From NCBI RefSeq assembly GCF_018977255.1, contig NW_024704743.1, positions 9,116,001-9,180,000 on the forward strand: 64,000 nucleotides of DNA. The letters are read 5' to 3'. The DNA comes from Callorhinchus milii (lineage: Eukaryota). Positions 1-13,363 of this stretch are shown here, in pieces (position 1 is the stretch's first letter; each line of letters opens with the position of its first letter). The notes below the pieces were generated by a model, which was given only the letters and a program-made list of their open reading frames with translations, searched no databases and was not told where the DNA came from. Both the position numbers and the translations under genes were made by a program.

Positions 1-577
1 ATGCTTTGGATTCCATTCTCCGTCCTTTGACAGCACATCCCATACTTGGAATGGGACTAACACAGGAATTCTGTGCAGTCTTTAACACTTTTAAAAGCCC
101 CATGGAACCTCGCCACTGAACTATTATCACAAACGTCATTGTCTAGCAGAGGATCTGAAATGACCTTTTAATGGAACGAAAGCTCTGGCTTTATCAGCGT
201 TGACTTCTACCAAAAAAAACAGATGGGGCATGAAAGGAAAATGACATTGGAACCAATCCAACTGCTAGTGCTGTTTACGGAGGCTCATTTCGGAGGTATA
301 CTGCTGTGCAACATGTTTCCAAGGCACGGAAATGTCACAGAGTATCAGCTCATTGAGAACGGTGGAAAAGAAAGAAAACGCTGAAAACTACTATTTAATT
401 CAAAATCTAGACAGACATTTCCTGAATGTTTTTCAATCACCTGAAGGCTCCTTGAAAAGGTTGAACTTTTAAAGAAAGATATTGCCAAATAAATTGAATA
501 GCGCTCTCCCATTACAGCCCCCACAACCACCACCACCACCTCACGGACAGAAGTTAAAAAAAGCTTCAGTTGAAGAA

Positions 578-1035
578 CTTGGCTTTGTATAACTTTGTTA
601 TCTCACCAAAACATTTCAAAGTGGGTCACAGGTAAATGTGGGGCTTGCAAGATCACACTAACTGGTCTGGCGGGTTAATGGCCTGGAGTCTAGGAGGAAC
701 TCCCTTCAGATAACTTTACATCACATTCAACAAACAACTCGCACTTACATAGCGCTCCTCGTGCAAGGTAGGGTCTCTGAGCACTTCAATGTCAGAGAGG
801 ACCTTGGTTTAACATCTCATCCGAAATACAACAAATTGCATTTATATAGCGGCTTTCAAGGGCGGTAGCAGCTCAGAGCACTTAAATATTATACAGCAAC
901 TCCCACAACGCAGTGCTCCTCCACCAGTGAGCTGGAGTATCAGCCCAGACTAGAGGTTAAAATGCCGACATGTGGTTGAAACCCACAAACTTCTGAGCCA
1001 GAAGTGAGAGTCCTACTAACTGAGCCAAGTTGATA
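578..1035 (-). mobile_element. Old Deu-domain tRNA-SINE carrying two inserted ~60-bp L2 tails (728-790, 828-885)
   Basis: tRNA-like head (reverse complement of aacccacaaacttctgagccagaagtgagagtcctactaactgagcc) and the Deu motif ggtttaacatctcatccga. Confidence 0.65.
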
Positions 1036-2336
1036 CTACAAAAGGACCCTGCTGTGCAACGTGAAATAAAAACAAGGAGTCATGTGGGGATCAACAGATG
1101 TCACTTTGGATAGTAACTTAGCTCTCACGTTACACTCATTTTACAGCTTAGGAGAGACATGTCCAGATAGCACTCACACACTGAACATACTGAGAGGGTC
1201 AACACAGTGTTTAATGTGCATGTTTAGTGGCCTGTATTTGGAAACAACACAAGAGGAAACTGCTTGAGCAGCTGACCCTGCTAATCTTACATGCAAAAAA
1301 CTCCAACGTTTAATGCAAAAATTTCCAATTTCTCAAGTATCCAAACTAATAACTAACCCAGCTCCAAACCTGTACGTCATAGAGATGTTTCCGTGGCTCA
1401 TTTTATAATTCTAATATGGAGTTGAAATTGAAAGTAATAGTTTGGAGGGGGAGTGGGGAGGGGTGTGGGGGGATAGAAGGAGGAAGGTGTAGAAAATGTA
1501 TTAATGGTACCAGTAATTTCACGAACAGATTTTTCTTCAAAACAGTTAAATCGGCAAAGTACAGAAAAAAAAATGTTAAGTGAGTCAATGTATACTGGTG
1601 GTGAAAGTGTGCAAATTCTAACCACCTGTTTTCCTGTGCGAAAGACAATTTTCTTGTCAGCTTCTTATGAGAGAAAGGGGGGTGGTGGGGGAGGGGGGGT
1701 GGGGCAGGGTATTACTTACGTTGCTTGGTGATAACTTTCTTTAAATGTTCAAACATTTGAAGAGCTTTCTTGATTGAAAATGTCTGTCCAGTTAAGTGGC
1801 AGCTTTTACCTGCTCCATTGTCGGAGATGCTGTCCTCACTATAATAACACTGCATCTCGGACCTGTATGCTTCCTCTCGCACTAGGCTCCTCCACTGATG
1901 TGCATTAAGAGCAGTAACTGATTTGGCTCCGCTCAGTTTAGTGGTGGTGGTTCGATCAGGACACGTATACTCGCCCTGTACTGAACTATCCTGGATCGAG
2001 TGGCTCTTAGCCTACTTCAAAATTCCTTTCCCCCTCTATACGTTTGCCCACAAAATGCAGCTATTCCACTTTACAGAATATCCTGTGAAACTCTTTGAGA
2101 TGTCCTCCTGACATGAAGGGCACTATGCCAAATGTAAATATTATTACTATTACTCAATGAAGTCACACCAGCTTTGGTCTACAACACACACAGCTGGAAT
2201 AACCTCATGCAGGAGTAGGCTGGTCCCAGGGATGGGGTTAACACAAGGACTCTGTGCAAAAGAATAAGAAATAATTTAGATTGTTTCTCTATATATCCAA
2301 TGGGATTACAGTATTTTGAGTATTCTCTTCTAGACA

Positions 2337-3162
2337 TAATAATTATAATCCTTGCATTTGGTACCCCACCTTTCAGGTCAGAAAGACATCTCAAAGCATT
2401 CACAGAATTTTACCGTGTAGATTCTATGTATTCGTAGGCATATGTGGTCGCCAATTTGTGCACAGCAATGAAACGAATGACCAATTGAATTTGGGGATTG
2501 TTGGCCAGGACTCCAGGAGAAAACACCAATACAAAATTACATTTGTATAGTGCCGTTCACATCAGGAGGACAACCCAAGGCACTGGACAGTCAGGGATTT
2601 GGACTGTTTGAATTGAAAAAGGATTTAAAAATAATTGAATTGAAAAGGGATTCGAAAATAAATCCCCTTCTCTTTTCAAATAGTGCAATGGGATCTTTAA
2701 TGTCCATTGAACAGGCAAACTTGGTTCAATATCTGACAGAACCTCCAACATTGCAACACTTCCCCAGCATTGCACTGGAGTGTCAGCCCAGACTGATTTC
2801 AAAAGGCAAAATACTGCAGCTGCTAGAAATCTGAAACAAAAACAGAAGTTGCTGGGAACACTCAGCAGGCCAGGCAGCATCACCCACAAATATACAGTCA
2901 ATTCACTTTACAGTCTATTTTGTGAAGCGCTTTGAGATGTTGAGAAGACGTGAAAAGCGCTATATCAAATGCAAGGATTATTATTATTATGAAAGGTCAT
3001 CGACTTGAAACGTTAACTCACTTTCCTCTCTCCATAGATGCTGCCTGACCTGCTGAGTGTTCCTAGCAACTTGGTTTATATTTCTGAAGTTCTGATATGC
3101 GGTTTGAGCCTACAACCTTCTGACTCAGAGGCGAGTGTGCTACTATCTGAGTCAAACTAACA
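2337..3162 (-). mobile_element. Deu-SINE host containing a nested L2 tail (~2525-2606), a Penelope-type inverted repeat (2801-3087) and a SINE 3' fragment (2882-2990)
   Basis: Tail ataatccttgcattt at ~2345, Deu core tagtgcaatgggatctttaatgtcca at ~2681 and head at ~3100-3162 are collinear once the inserts are removed. Confidence 0.7.
2801..3087. mobile_element. Penelope-like non-autonomous inverted-repeat element with a hammerhead motif remnant
   Basis: Left arm aacagaagttgctgggaacactcagcaggccaggcagcatc is the reverse complement of right arm gatgctgcctgacctgctgagtgttcctagcaactt; atgaaaggtcatcgacttgaaacgttaact lies at 2989-3018. Confidence 0.6.
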
Positions 3163-3716
3163 ATTCCCCTTTGAAACAATGTGAAGCCCTGGTTCCTCAC
3201 TTTATAAATATGAGAGAACAGAAAAGAAAACAGTAAAACGTTTGTGTTTACCAGAACTCTGATACAAGTGATAATTCCAGCTGACTGTGTTCCTGGGTGG
3301 ACCCACATCTATATCCTGTCTCATGACCCTGGTAGGAAGCGGATTTCCTCAATGCCATCTCCTGTGTATTCTTCCTCTTTAACTCACAAACAAAAGCCTC
3401 TCAAGCTATTTTTCTTCTTTCAAAAAACAGAAGGCGGTCAGCATTCTCCAACCTGACGGGAGAACCTTTTACTCACAGCTAGATTCTATAAACACTTTTT
3501 TTTGGTCAGCCGGGTGTCTGACACATGCGGAAAATCCATTGCAATGCTTAAGAGTATCCAAGCCAGACTAACGTAAAACTAAATAGCATAGCATTTCCAA
3601 TTTCATTAACAAATGTCCCTGTGATATAAATGTACTCATTCCTCACTACAAAATAGGAAGTGGAGAGGAATCACTCAGTTCCTGTTAATCCGGCAAGCCA
3701 AACCTCTAAGGGGAAG

Positions 3717-3813
3717 CAAAAACAGAAGTCGCTGGGAATACTCAGTAGGTCAGGCAGCATCTATGGAGAGAGGAAAGGGAGTTAATGTTTCAGGTCGATG
3801 ATCTTTCATCAGA
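3717..3813 (-). mobile_element. Second Penelope-like repeat copy with a minimal hammerhead core
   Basis: Minus strand reads CTGATGA-aagatcatcgacct-GAAAC-attaactc followed by ...tccatagatgctgcctgacctactgagtattcccagc. Confidence 0.6.
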
Positions 3814-5919
3814 CGAAGGAGATTCTAGCTGGTCATACAGTGGGAAACATCCTAGCTCTCAATGGCAAGCTGAATGGTTTTAATTGATGTGTTTTAACTG
3901 ATGTATAAGTGGCATAGATATGCGTAACTCTCAGCCCATGAAGTGAATTACCAATTTTATTTGGGGATTTTTGGCCAGGACTCCAGGAGAAACTCCCATC
4001 TCTTTTCAAACAGTGCAATGGATCTTTAATGAACAGGCAAAGATTTAATATTTAAGCATGGTTATAGGTTTCCATGTGCATCAAACACCCAGCTGACCAA
4101 AAAAACAAATCACTATAAAATAACACAAATTTGTACTACCAAACAAGGGACTATTTATTTTACAGAATGCTGCTGTGTTAAACCGAATGGCTTGAGAAAT
4201 AGAAGCATCTATGACTACAGCAACAATAATTTATGTAAAATAAATACAGAAACTGTGGAATCAAAGCAGCAGAAGCACCGAGTGCCTGCTCAGCACTGTC
4301 CTAATAAATACACTTGACTTCTCTTTTATTGAGTAACACTGAAGCTCAACTGGCAGAAAACACCTTTGTAATTTTCTATCAGTCACATTATCGATAAGGT
4401 ACATTTACTTACAGCAATTGTGAGATCAATAACCTGCATTTGCAGAGATCACAAGGATCACTAAACGGCATGAGAGTTGCTGTCATTCACATATGGATTT
4501 CTTCCCACCGTTCAAAAACATTTATGGGATTAATAAATAATAAACAGGCAATGTGTGGGACAAATGGTAACGAGTGAATTTCCTAAATTTTAGGATTTGA
4601 ATGACACTGTGGGGTCTATATTGTGATAATTCCTTGTAAAAAAACATTGAGACATTATTCTATATGAAGGGTACTATACAAGGGAAAGCTGTTATTGTGT
4701 TTCTTAACAGGACTTCCTTATAAGAAATCCAAGGCACATAAATGGGGACTCCTTCCTTTAACTGGAAATATGTCACACACTGACTCATGGGATCTGTGAT
4801 CCAAGATAATCTCAGCCGAGTCAGATCCTTATTCAACATCTAAACATCTCTGAATAGCGATCAGTAGTTGGCTGATTTTCCCCTCCTTGATGAGAGGAAT
4901 GTAGTTCCAATTATTATAAAAAAGAGGGGGGTGAGGCATTATGAAACCCAACGCAGGAACAGGTTTCAAACCTGTTATCGTGTGGTCCTCAAAGCTGAGT
5001 GCCATTGCCTTCACTCACTGGCCCATTGAAGGATCCTAAAGTGGGATTTTAAGTGCAAAAGGCAAAGCAATTCTCAGTAAATGACAAAACAAAGTCAAGA
5101 CAGCTAAACAACTACCATAACAGCCACAACAAGCACTTGAGCAGAATTAATACTGCCAAATGATGGAATTCAAGCGAAAGCACAAATGAAGGCCCTCCAG
5201 ATACATCTTCATCAACAGATTTTGTGACAACATCTCATTATTTTGTGAGAGACCAAACTGATTTTATCTGCGTTTCTCTTCCTTCTTTCCCCCCCCACCC
5301 TCCGGAAAGTACAATCAATACCTTGGTACCATACTCTAATCCTGACAAGCTGAAAATGATTGAGACTGTATACCTGAGGACAAGTGGATTGGAGTGAGAC
5401 ATCCCCAAGCTGCCTGTGCAGCAATGACATGAGATACTGCCTAACATTACACAAGCTGAAGGTTGTGACAAGTGATTTAAAAAACATTTTGATGTGGTAG
5501 CTGCACAGAATTTTAGCAGCTTGGACTACCCTATCTGCCAGTGATTTATTTTCTAAGTTCAGAGCATCTCTGCATTTCAAAGTTTTTGAAAACTCCAGGT
5601 ATAAAAAACGTGGGATCTGAAATTCTATATTTGGCATTGATAGCACACAGCATTACAGAACTAATGTTGCTGTTACCATCAAGTACATATGGTGTACTTA
5701 GATCAATGAAGGTCATCTTCAAGCAAAGCAAGTACTCCTCAGTACAAAACTCCCTACATCTCAGTCTTACAGGCATAACTTTATAAGATTACACAATCAC
5801 AGGATAACACAATGGACAAGTCTCCCAATTAGCACCATAAATTGATACACTGAGCCAGTCAAAGGTTACTAAAAGGTATCGGTTACCAATTTCCATTAAT
5901 GTTGAACTTTCTGATCCTT

Positions 5920-6385
5920 TGATGTAGGTATTTGAAATAATGAAAGGAATCGACAGGTTAGATAGAGGACGACTCTTCCTTTTGGTAGAGGCATCCATTA
6001 CTGAGGGGCATAGGATTAAAATCAGAACCCAAGACAGTTAGAACTGAGGTCAGGAAGCATTTCTTCACACAGAGTTGTGAAGATGTGTAATGTTCTGCCT
6101 CGGAAAGCAGTAGAAGCAGAATCAATAGGGATGTTTAAAAGTGAGAAGTTATTTAGAAGTTTTCAGGGGCATGGCGAAAGGGCAGCGCATTCAATTACAT
6201 AGAACGCAACAGCACAGAAACAGGACATTAGAGGCCCAACTAGTCCATGTTCCTGTTTACACTCCATATGAGCCTCCACCTCTCCTAACCTCCAATTAGG
6301 ATTAGAAGATCTGACAAGATAAATTAAATGGTGGAACAGGCTTGATGGACTGAATGGCCTCCTACTTTACCTATTTTCCTATGTA
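5920..6385 (+). mobile_element. CR1 LINE 3' fragment
   Basis: Degenerate C-terminal ORF2 motifs (IMKGIDR..., RKHFFTQR..., N.LP..AVEA) and a CR1-type tail tggactgaatggcctcct...cctatgt. Confidence 0.75.
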
Positions 6386-6579
6386 CTCTTTAAAGAAAAT
6401 AGCATTTGAAGTAATTTTTTAAAAACAAACTCATAACTGATATTCGTAATGAATTCAGATTCTCTTGCAAGAAATCTGACTTGGTGCTACCTTTAAATTC
6501 AGAATGAATCTTCCGTCTGTGTGGAGCAACAAGAACATGTTGTGGGTAGGGTAGACGCATAAGAATACATCTATCTTTA

Positions 6580-6867
<288 letters not shown>

Positions 6868-9079
6868 TCACCTCGTGATAAGATGGGGAGTTCTCACGAA
6901 CCCCAGCTAGATCCAAGCAGAATCCTTATGCTTATAAAAGTTTTTTTTATAAATAAGAAAAATTTATAATTTCAAAAGAAATACACGGTGAGAGTCAACT
7001 AATTATTGTGTTTGAAGGTATAATAATCCGTGTATTCGACATAGCACCCTACATGTCATCGAGTCGGCTGAACAAGATACAGGTAGGGGAGAATATGTGG
7101 AATAAGTTATCAAGTTAAAGGAAGGACTCCTTACTGAAGAATCATGTTAGGAATTATTGTATAAGTGAACCTAACCTAAAAGGATGTGGGGAATTTGGGA
7201 TTCAGTGGATCATTCCCAGTACCAGAATTGGCCTGGTTGGCTGAATGATCTCCTTTTGTGCTGTCAATTATGATTCTACAAAAGAGAGAAGCAAAATTCC
7301 TGCCTGGAAATTTTGTTTGACATTTGAATAACTGGCTACTATGCATTAGTTGAAAGAAAGATAACATAGTTAAATAGTTATCAATAGTTATCTAACATAT
7401 CAATGTTAGAGCTGAATAGGCAAATAAATGCAATACAATGGAACTTTTGATCAATCAGGTGATCAATGCCCGAGGGGCATTAGGGCCAGGAAAGGATTGC
7501 TCTGAATCTGTTGGATTACTGCCACTTTTACTTTTGTATCTCTAGGCTGTATAATTCTAAAAAATAGATTCTTATCAGGATTGCCTTTGGGAATCTCAGG
7601 GGGAAAAGAGGTTCAGAATATTGTCTTCTCATTTTCCCTATGTATGCACTACATGGAGATTGTTTTTGAAATGTCAATTTTTTTTCACCTCCAGGAGGGC
7701 AAAATGAACAAATTATTCCATGTCCGCACATCAAAAGAAATGCTGGTCAGAATCAGGCGAGTAACAAAGCTTTGTTTTGTCACCAAAACATTGTGTTGTG
7801 TTATCACAGTTGGTCACTTGAATCCCTCTGCCAATGCCATAAGCTCGTTCTGTCAGTTCATCCAGGTGGTGGTTGAGGAGAGGGGAGTGGGGGGACAGGA
7901 TGTAAGTGATGGTGGCACATCATCTCAGCCAGGGAAACAAACTGAAACAACTGAAGTAAGCTTTTGCATTGGTGAGGTGTGCTTGTGGTATGGAACTATG
8001 CCAAGCAGTTACATTTATGAAACTACCGTCACTGCTATTGCTGCTTAAAGCACCTTGGGACGTCCTCCCAATATGAAAGGCGCTTTACAAATATAATTTT
8101 GTTGTCATATTATTATTTGAGGAAAGAAAAATATTTCTATTATTTAGCCTCACGATTCTTACAGGGAGGAAATGCTACCCATTTCAAGCTTTGTATCTAA
8201 TAAAGAGGTTTGATAGGCTGAATGGTCTTCTCTTGTTCCAATGTTCCCGTAGAAGCAGAACCTAATATAAGGCTTTGAGAAAGCATATCCTTTTTAATGT
8301 ATAGGGAAGATGAATAGGCTTTGAGATAGCACAGCCCATTTACCACATTGTTATACAGTATAGGAAACTTCCTATTAGCAGCCCTCACTGTATAGGACTG
8401 AGCATTCCACACTAATATGAGATTTTCTGAAAGCACAGTCCATTCACCACATAGTGTAAAGCACAGGTGCAATTGCAAAGCTTTAAGATACTACAACCCA
8501 TTTACCACATACCTGCAGTTTTGACCCACAGGAGACAAATTTGGGACTTTGAGAAAGCACATCCTATTTGGCACATAGGAGATTAATATGTGGTTTTGAG
8601 ACCTTTAAATCAATCCTCAGTGTGCTTGTTGTTCACACAAAGAATGACAGAGATTTTATGGTTCGCTGTTCAATAACTAGCTCACATAAGTTTTTTGCTG
8701 ACTAGATTTTCTAACTAAAATGTTATTTAATGGAAATTCTGAATGACTAGGAATCTGAAGTCGTAAACTGCTGGTTTAGGCGACACTGTTTCAAACCACA
8801 TTTGGATCTGGGGACTGAAACAGACTTAAGAAGAAGAATATTATGATCTCTGAGGGAATTTTCTAAGGACACTGATGGGGTTTCCTGTAGCTTGACCCTT
8901 TATAGATCAGCTGATCTTTAGTAGTTCCAGATGTTTCTCATTGCAAGACTGTACCGATTTTTCTTGCAGCGTGACCTTTGGGGTCACAAGGTACCTGTGT
9001 GGTGCATACCACAAAGGAGATGCACATGTTACTGTGATTCTAAAAGCATTTGATTCACTAAAGATGAGACACATTTTAA

Positions 9080-9425
9080 TAATACTAATAATCCTTGCAT
9101 TTATATTTGGTTTGTACTCTATACATGATATAGCACCTTATCATGTCAACAAGACATCCCAAAGCACTTCATGGGAATTACTGTAAAGTGAAGAGAGTGT
9201 TTTTTGCAGGTGACATGGCAGCTGATATGAGCATAGCAATGTTCTACAAACAGCCATTAAGTGAACAAACTTTATCTGGGGGATTGTTGGCCAGAACAGC
9301 AGGAGCGACTCTCTTTGAGTAGAGCAACGGTATAGTTAACGTCCACCTGAAGAGGTAGAACGGGATTGGATTCAACATCTCATCCAAAGGACAGCAGCGC
9401 AACAATCCAGCGCACCCCCCAGCAC
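9080..9425 (-). mobile_element. Deu-SINE, old copy
   Basis: (AAT)n-ccttgcattt tail; motifs gattgttggccag, aacgtccacctgaa and aacatctcatccaaagg. Confidence 0.65.
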
Positions 9426-10067
9426 ATCACGTTCTTCCTTGTTAATGGATTTCATTAGCAGATTCTCCTCAGCTGGTCATCAATTTCAGATGTTAATTTC
9501 TGACTTGCAAGGCAATGTATGCCATTGGTCCTCTAATTAAAATGGATGGTTTGCAATTAGGAAATGACACAGGACTGTATTGCTACTTCAATGTTGCCAT
9601 TCATTAGCAGCTTACTTTCACAGTGAGTGCTACACCGAATCAATGTTGCTAACGTAACATGAATAGAATTCTTCTATCACTTCGACATACAGGCTATCAC
9701 GCCCTAAATCAAAGTACCATACAAAGCCCACCCCTGTGAACATCTGTCTCTCCGGGATTGGATACCAATTTTAATTACAAGCTAGGTAGGATACCCCCTT
9801 TCCCCCATGTGCACACACAATGCTGAGCAAGGTCATAGTTGGGTCAACATGCCGCAGATGATAAGTTGCCAAGGTGTTTACGAGCTTCCAACATCTATTC
9901 AATTCCAATCGCTTAAGTGTGTGAAACGCGATCTCTCCCTTCGTCCCATTTAACTGAAGTCTTTACCAATTTTAGAACAGTTACTCACTGGGTTTGCTAT
10001 TTATACATGTTGAGTTACATGGTTCAGAAATAAAGGAATATGTCAGACCTTATGTGCAAAAGCCTAG

Positions 10068-10452
10068 GTGTCAGCCTGGTAGCACTCTAGGGTCTGAATA
10101 ATGCTTGTGGGGAACTCACAGCCAAAGTTGGCACTCCGATATGAGAGAATAAGTCCATTGTCAAAGGTGCTGTCCTCCAGACAAATTAAACCAAGGACCT
10201 GCCTGCCCTTTCAAGTGGACGTTAAAGATCCCATGGCTAGAAAAGTGGAGTGTTTGTTCCTCCACATTTCCTAGCCAACAATCCCCAGATAAAGTTAATC
10301 ACACACTTCAACTGTTGCTTGTGTGACATTGCTGTGCCATATTTGCCTACAAAATACACAGTCCCGACACTTTACAGTAAATTCTGCAAAGCACATCAAG
10401 ACATCCTCCTAACATGAAAGCAGAATATCAAATGCAAGGATTATTCATATTA
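10068..10452 (+). mobile_element. Deu-SINE, near full length
   Basis: Core gtggacgttaaagatcccatggc and tail tcaaatgcaaggattatt. Confidence 0.7.
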
Positions 10453-11166
10453 TCGCTATCTAAAAAAACAGATCAGACCAGTGCCCTGTGTCAGAGCTCC
10501 AGTTATTCATACTTTCTCTTTGTAATTAAAAATGATCTCTCTTTAATGTAAGAAAAGATTTTTCTTCAGGCTTTTCATTTCCTTCTCAGTTGTGCCTGAC
10601 CCTGTCCTTCACCTTCCACCTCTTGTCCCATGTGAGCACACCAATGCAGACACCTACAGTGCACACTGCTCCACTATTCCCATTGCTTCTGTGGGGAAGC
10701 TGCATGCAAAATTTCAACTTGATTTTAACTGGATCAGAAATGGCTGGAAACTGCCAAAATCAATACAGTACCAAGCCTGAATTCTGCACTTTACCCACAC
10801 TGAGGTTAGCTTCCAAACCAATCCTTTACTTAACATGAGCTTTATTTGGAACAATTTCTGTGCAGAAGATGCTTAATGGAATTTACAGAATGGAGGCTGA
10901 CTCATGCTCTCATTCAGGGCTCACTGAAAATAGTCAATGCTTTATGATGCCAACACGATAACCCAGTAAACTTGGCCGAGGACAGCAGCAGCTAATGGTT
11001 AGGGAAGACAAAGTGTCAGTTTAGATTAAACTATGTGATACAGAAGCTGCTGAATATATGGAAAGTTTGCACGGCAAGACAGTGGAGGCAGACAGCGTTT
11101 GCAAACTTAGGAGGCAATTGAATAGATTTTTTAATCAGCAGAGTATGGTATTTGCAAACTTTGTCA

Positions 11167-11795
11167 CCAGCTGGATGGATTCCAATGTTATTCTCCAGTC
11201 CTGAACCTAATTAGTATGGCTACTGATGGAGGTGGAGTTTGAAGGCTAATCTTAGCAAATGACAATGAGGAGGAGATTTCTTATAGTTCAATTCCGTTCA
11301 TGTAGAAACATCCCTTTCTATATGATATAATGACACCCAGCAGGGCAACTGGACTCATTTTGCTTGCTGAATATAAGAAAATTTTTGCTACATTTGCTTC
11401 CTGATGAATATAATTAAGTTCTGTACACCAAAGGAGTGGTTTAGGCTAAAACAAATGTTAAAGCAAGATTGCAGCTGAATGTTCAATGCTCAACCCAAAA
11501 CAAGTTGGGTTCAGGAACAGAATGACCCATCAGTCAGACCTATTAAGGGCAATTGACTGAGTTTGGACAGCTGCTCCCTTGAGCCAGTGGATGAACTCTG
11601 GCAATGATGAATTCCATTGATGGAGATGGAGTTTGAGGCAGGGGTAATTTTAGCAGATGATAATGAAGAGGAGAGTTTTTTTTTACAGATCAATTCTTTT
11701 CTTGAAGGAACAAACCTTTCTTTCCATGTGATATAATGACACTCAGCAGCGCAACTGGACTTCATTTTGCTTCCTGAACATAAGAAATATTTCTT
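11167..11795. repeat. Diverged direct duplication (~11167-11390 and ~11584-11795)
   Basis: Shared blocks tgatggag.tggagtttga, tgatataatgacac.cagcag.gcaactggact and cattttgctt.ctgaa.ataagaaa. Confidence 0.75.
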
Positions 11796-13065
11796 CTCAG
11801 CTTCCATTTTTTATTTTCCCCAAGTCCAAACAGCATAACTGGGTCTTCAAGTAAAAGTGGCCATGGTTTTCAAAGGCAACAACTAAATTTTGCTCATTTA
11901 GGGTTGTGTTCCGCCTTTGTCAAGCGCTCTGCATGAGGGGCGTTATATAATTGCAAGTTGTTGTGGTTGATGTTGATACGATCAATTCACAAGACTCCAA
12001 TACCACTAAAGGAAGTGGGGAATGGGCAGTAACTCAGTTGATGCAAGACCACTCCCATCATTCGGTGTGTTCACTCGCTGCAAAAAAGACATGATGAATA
12101 ATGCCAGTGGCCACAGCCATCTATGGAGATTGTAATTCATTGCTTCTGCTCCACTTCCCACTGAAACAGCCTGCAAGTGCAATTCACTTAATTGTAACAG
12201 CCGTCAATCAGCTTTTCCAGTTGCTTCGCTGGAAGCAAAAAGTAACACCTTCAGGAGACAAAGGCAACCTTCGCAAGATCACAATCAGGCAAAAGAAATA
12301 CACAATGGGGCAGCCAATAATCAAGATGCAAACCATTCCACATCATTGCTGAAGCTTTAGATTCACTGACAAAATCCACTTAGGACAACTGCATGTAGCC
12401 TGAAGCTGTCCGACTCACTGCAGTGTGCTTTGCCCGTCATTATTCGTTGTTCTCAAATTAAAACTGCGGTTTCATAATGGGATGCCAGGCAGGGCTTCTA
12501 ATCAGTAACTGAAGAGTTGTCAGAGGCCCAAAATTGCTGTTGCAGCCTTAAGCAACCACCTTCTTCAAAGTTATATACTGTATTACAGTCCTATAGCAAG
12601 TTTAACACCAGGTTCCATTTTAAGACAGCGTTCTTAAGGCTAAAGCAACGAGCAATTTCAGGCCTCAGGTGTATATTAAATTTGTTAAAGTAAACTCATC
12701 CTCAACTATCCAAACCCAAAACACAATTAAAAGTGCAGCAAATGTCTCTATATTTTGCTCGATTGACTGTCAGGGTTCTGGGAGGCTATGTGGAAACCTT
12801 TCCTGGGATTAGATGTAAAATCAATAATTGTGTAGGTGTACGTGGCTTTGGAAGGATGTGACTGTCACAGGCTGAATGGACTTGCCCCCAGGCCATTTTT
12901 TATATTCTTACCTTTTGTTATATGAACTTCTTCCCCCAACGCACATTTAAACAGTTGTAATCATCAATGAGAGATATAAAACCATACAAATTTATGGTGC
13001 AGAAGAAGGCCCATTGTGTCTGTGTTGGCACTTTTTAAAAGCTATCCTTTCAGATTCTGTAGTTT

Positions 13066-13363
13066 GGAGTCCTGTTGCTCAGTGGTTAGAGCACTCGCTT
13101 TGCAAGCGGGAGACCTGGGTTCGATTCCCAGCAGGATGAAACCTTGGGCAAGTCTCTTTACTCCTCACACCTGATAATAATCCCTCAAGATAAAAAAAAT
13201 TGGTCACTTCAATCCACGACTGTTTGTGGGACACTGCTATACACAATTGGCTGCCGTATTTCGCCCACAAATTCACTTTACAGTATATTCCGTGAAGCAC
13301 TTTGAGACATCTAGAAGACGTGATAAGCGCTTTATCAAATGCCAGGATTATTATTGTTATTAT
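13066..13363 (+). mobile_element. Young tRNA-Ala-headed SINE (SINE-A, short subfamily), full length
   Basis: Head ggagtcctgttgctcagtggttagagc...ggttcgattcc (Pol III A/B boxes, TGC anticodon loop) and an L2-type tail with (ATT)n. Confidence 0.85.

Noticed and set aside
13066..13140. tRNA-Ala gene (also at 31740-31812, 48315-48390, 58520-58591)
   Set aside because: These are SINE heads: they run directly into SINE body and tail and lack a proper acceptor stem and terminator.
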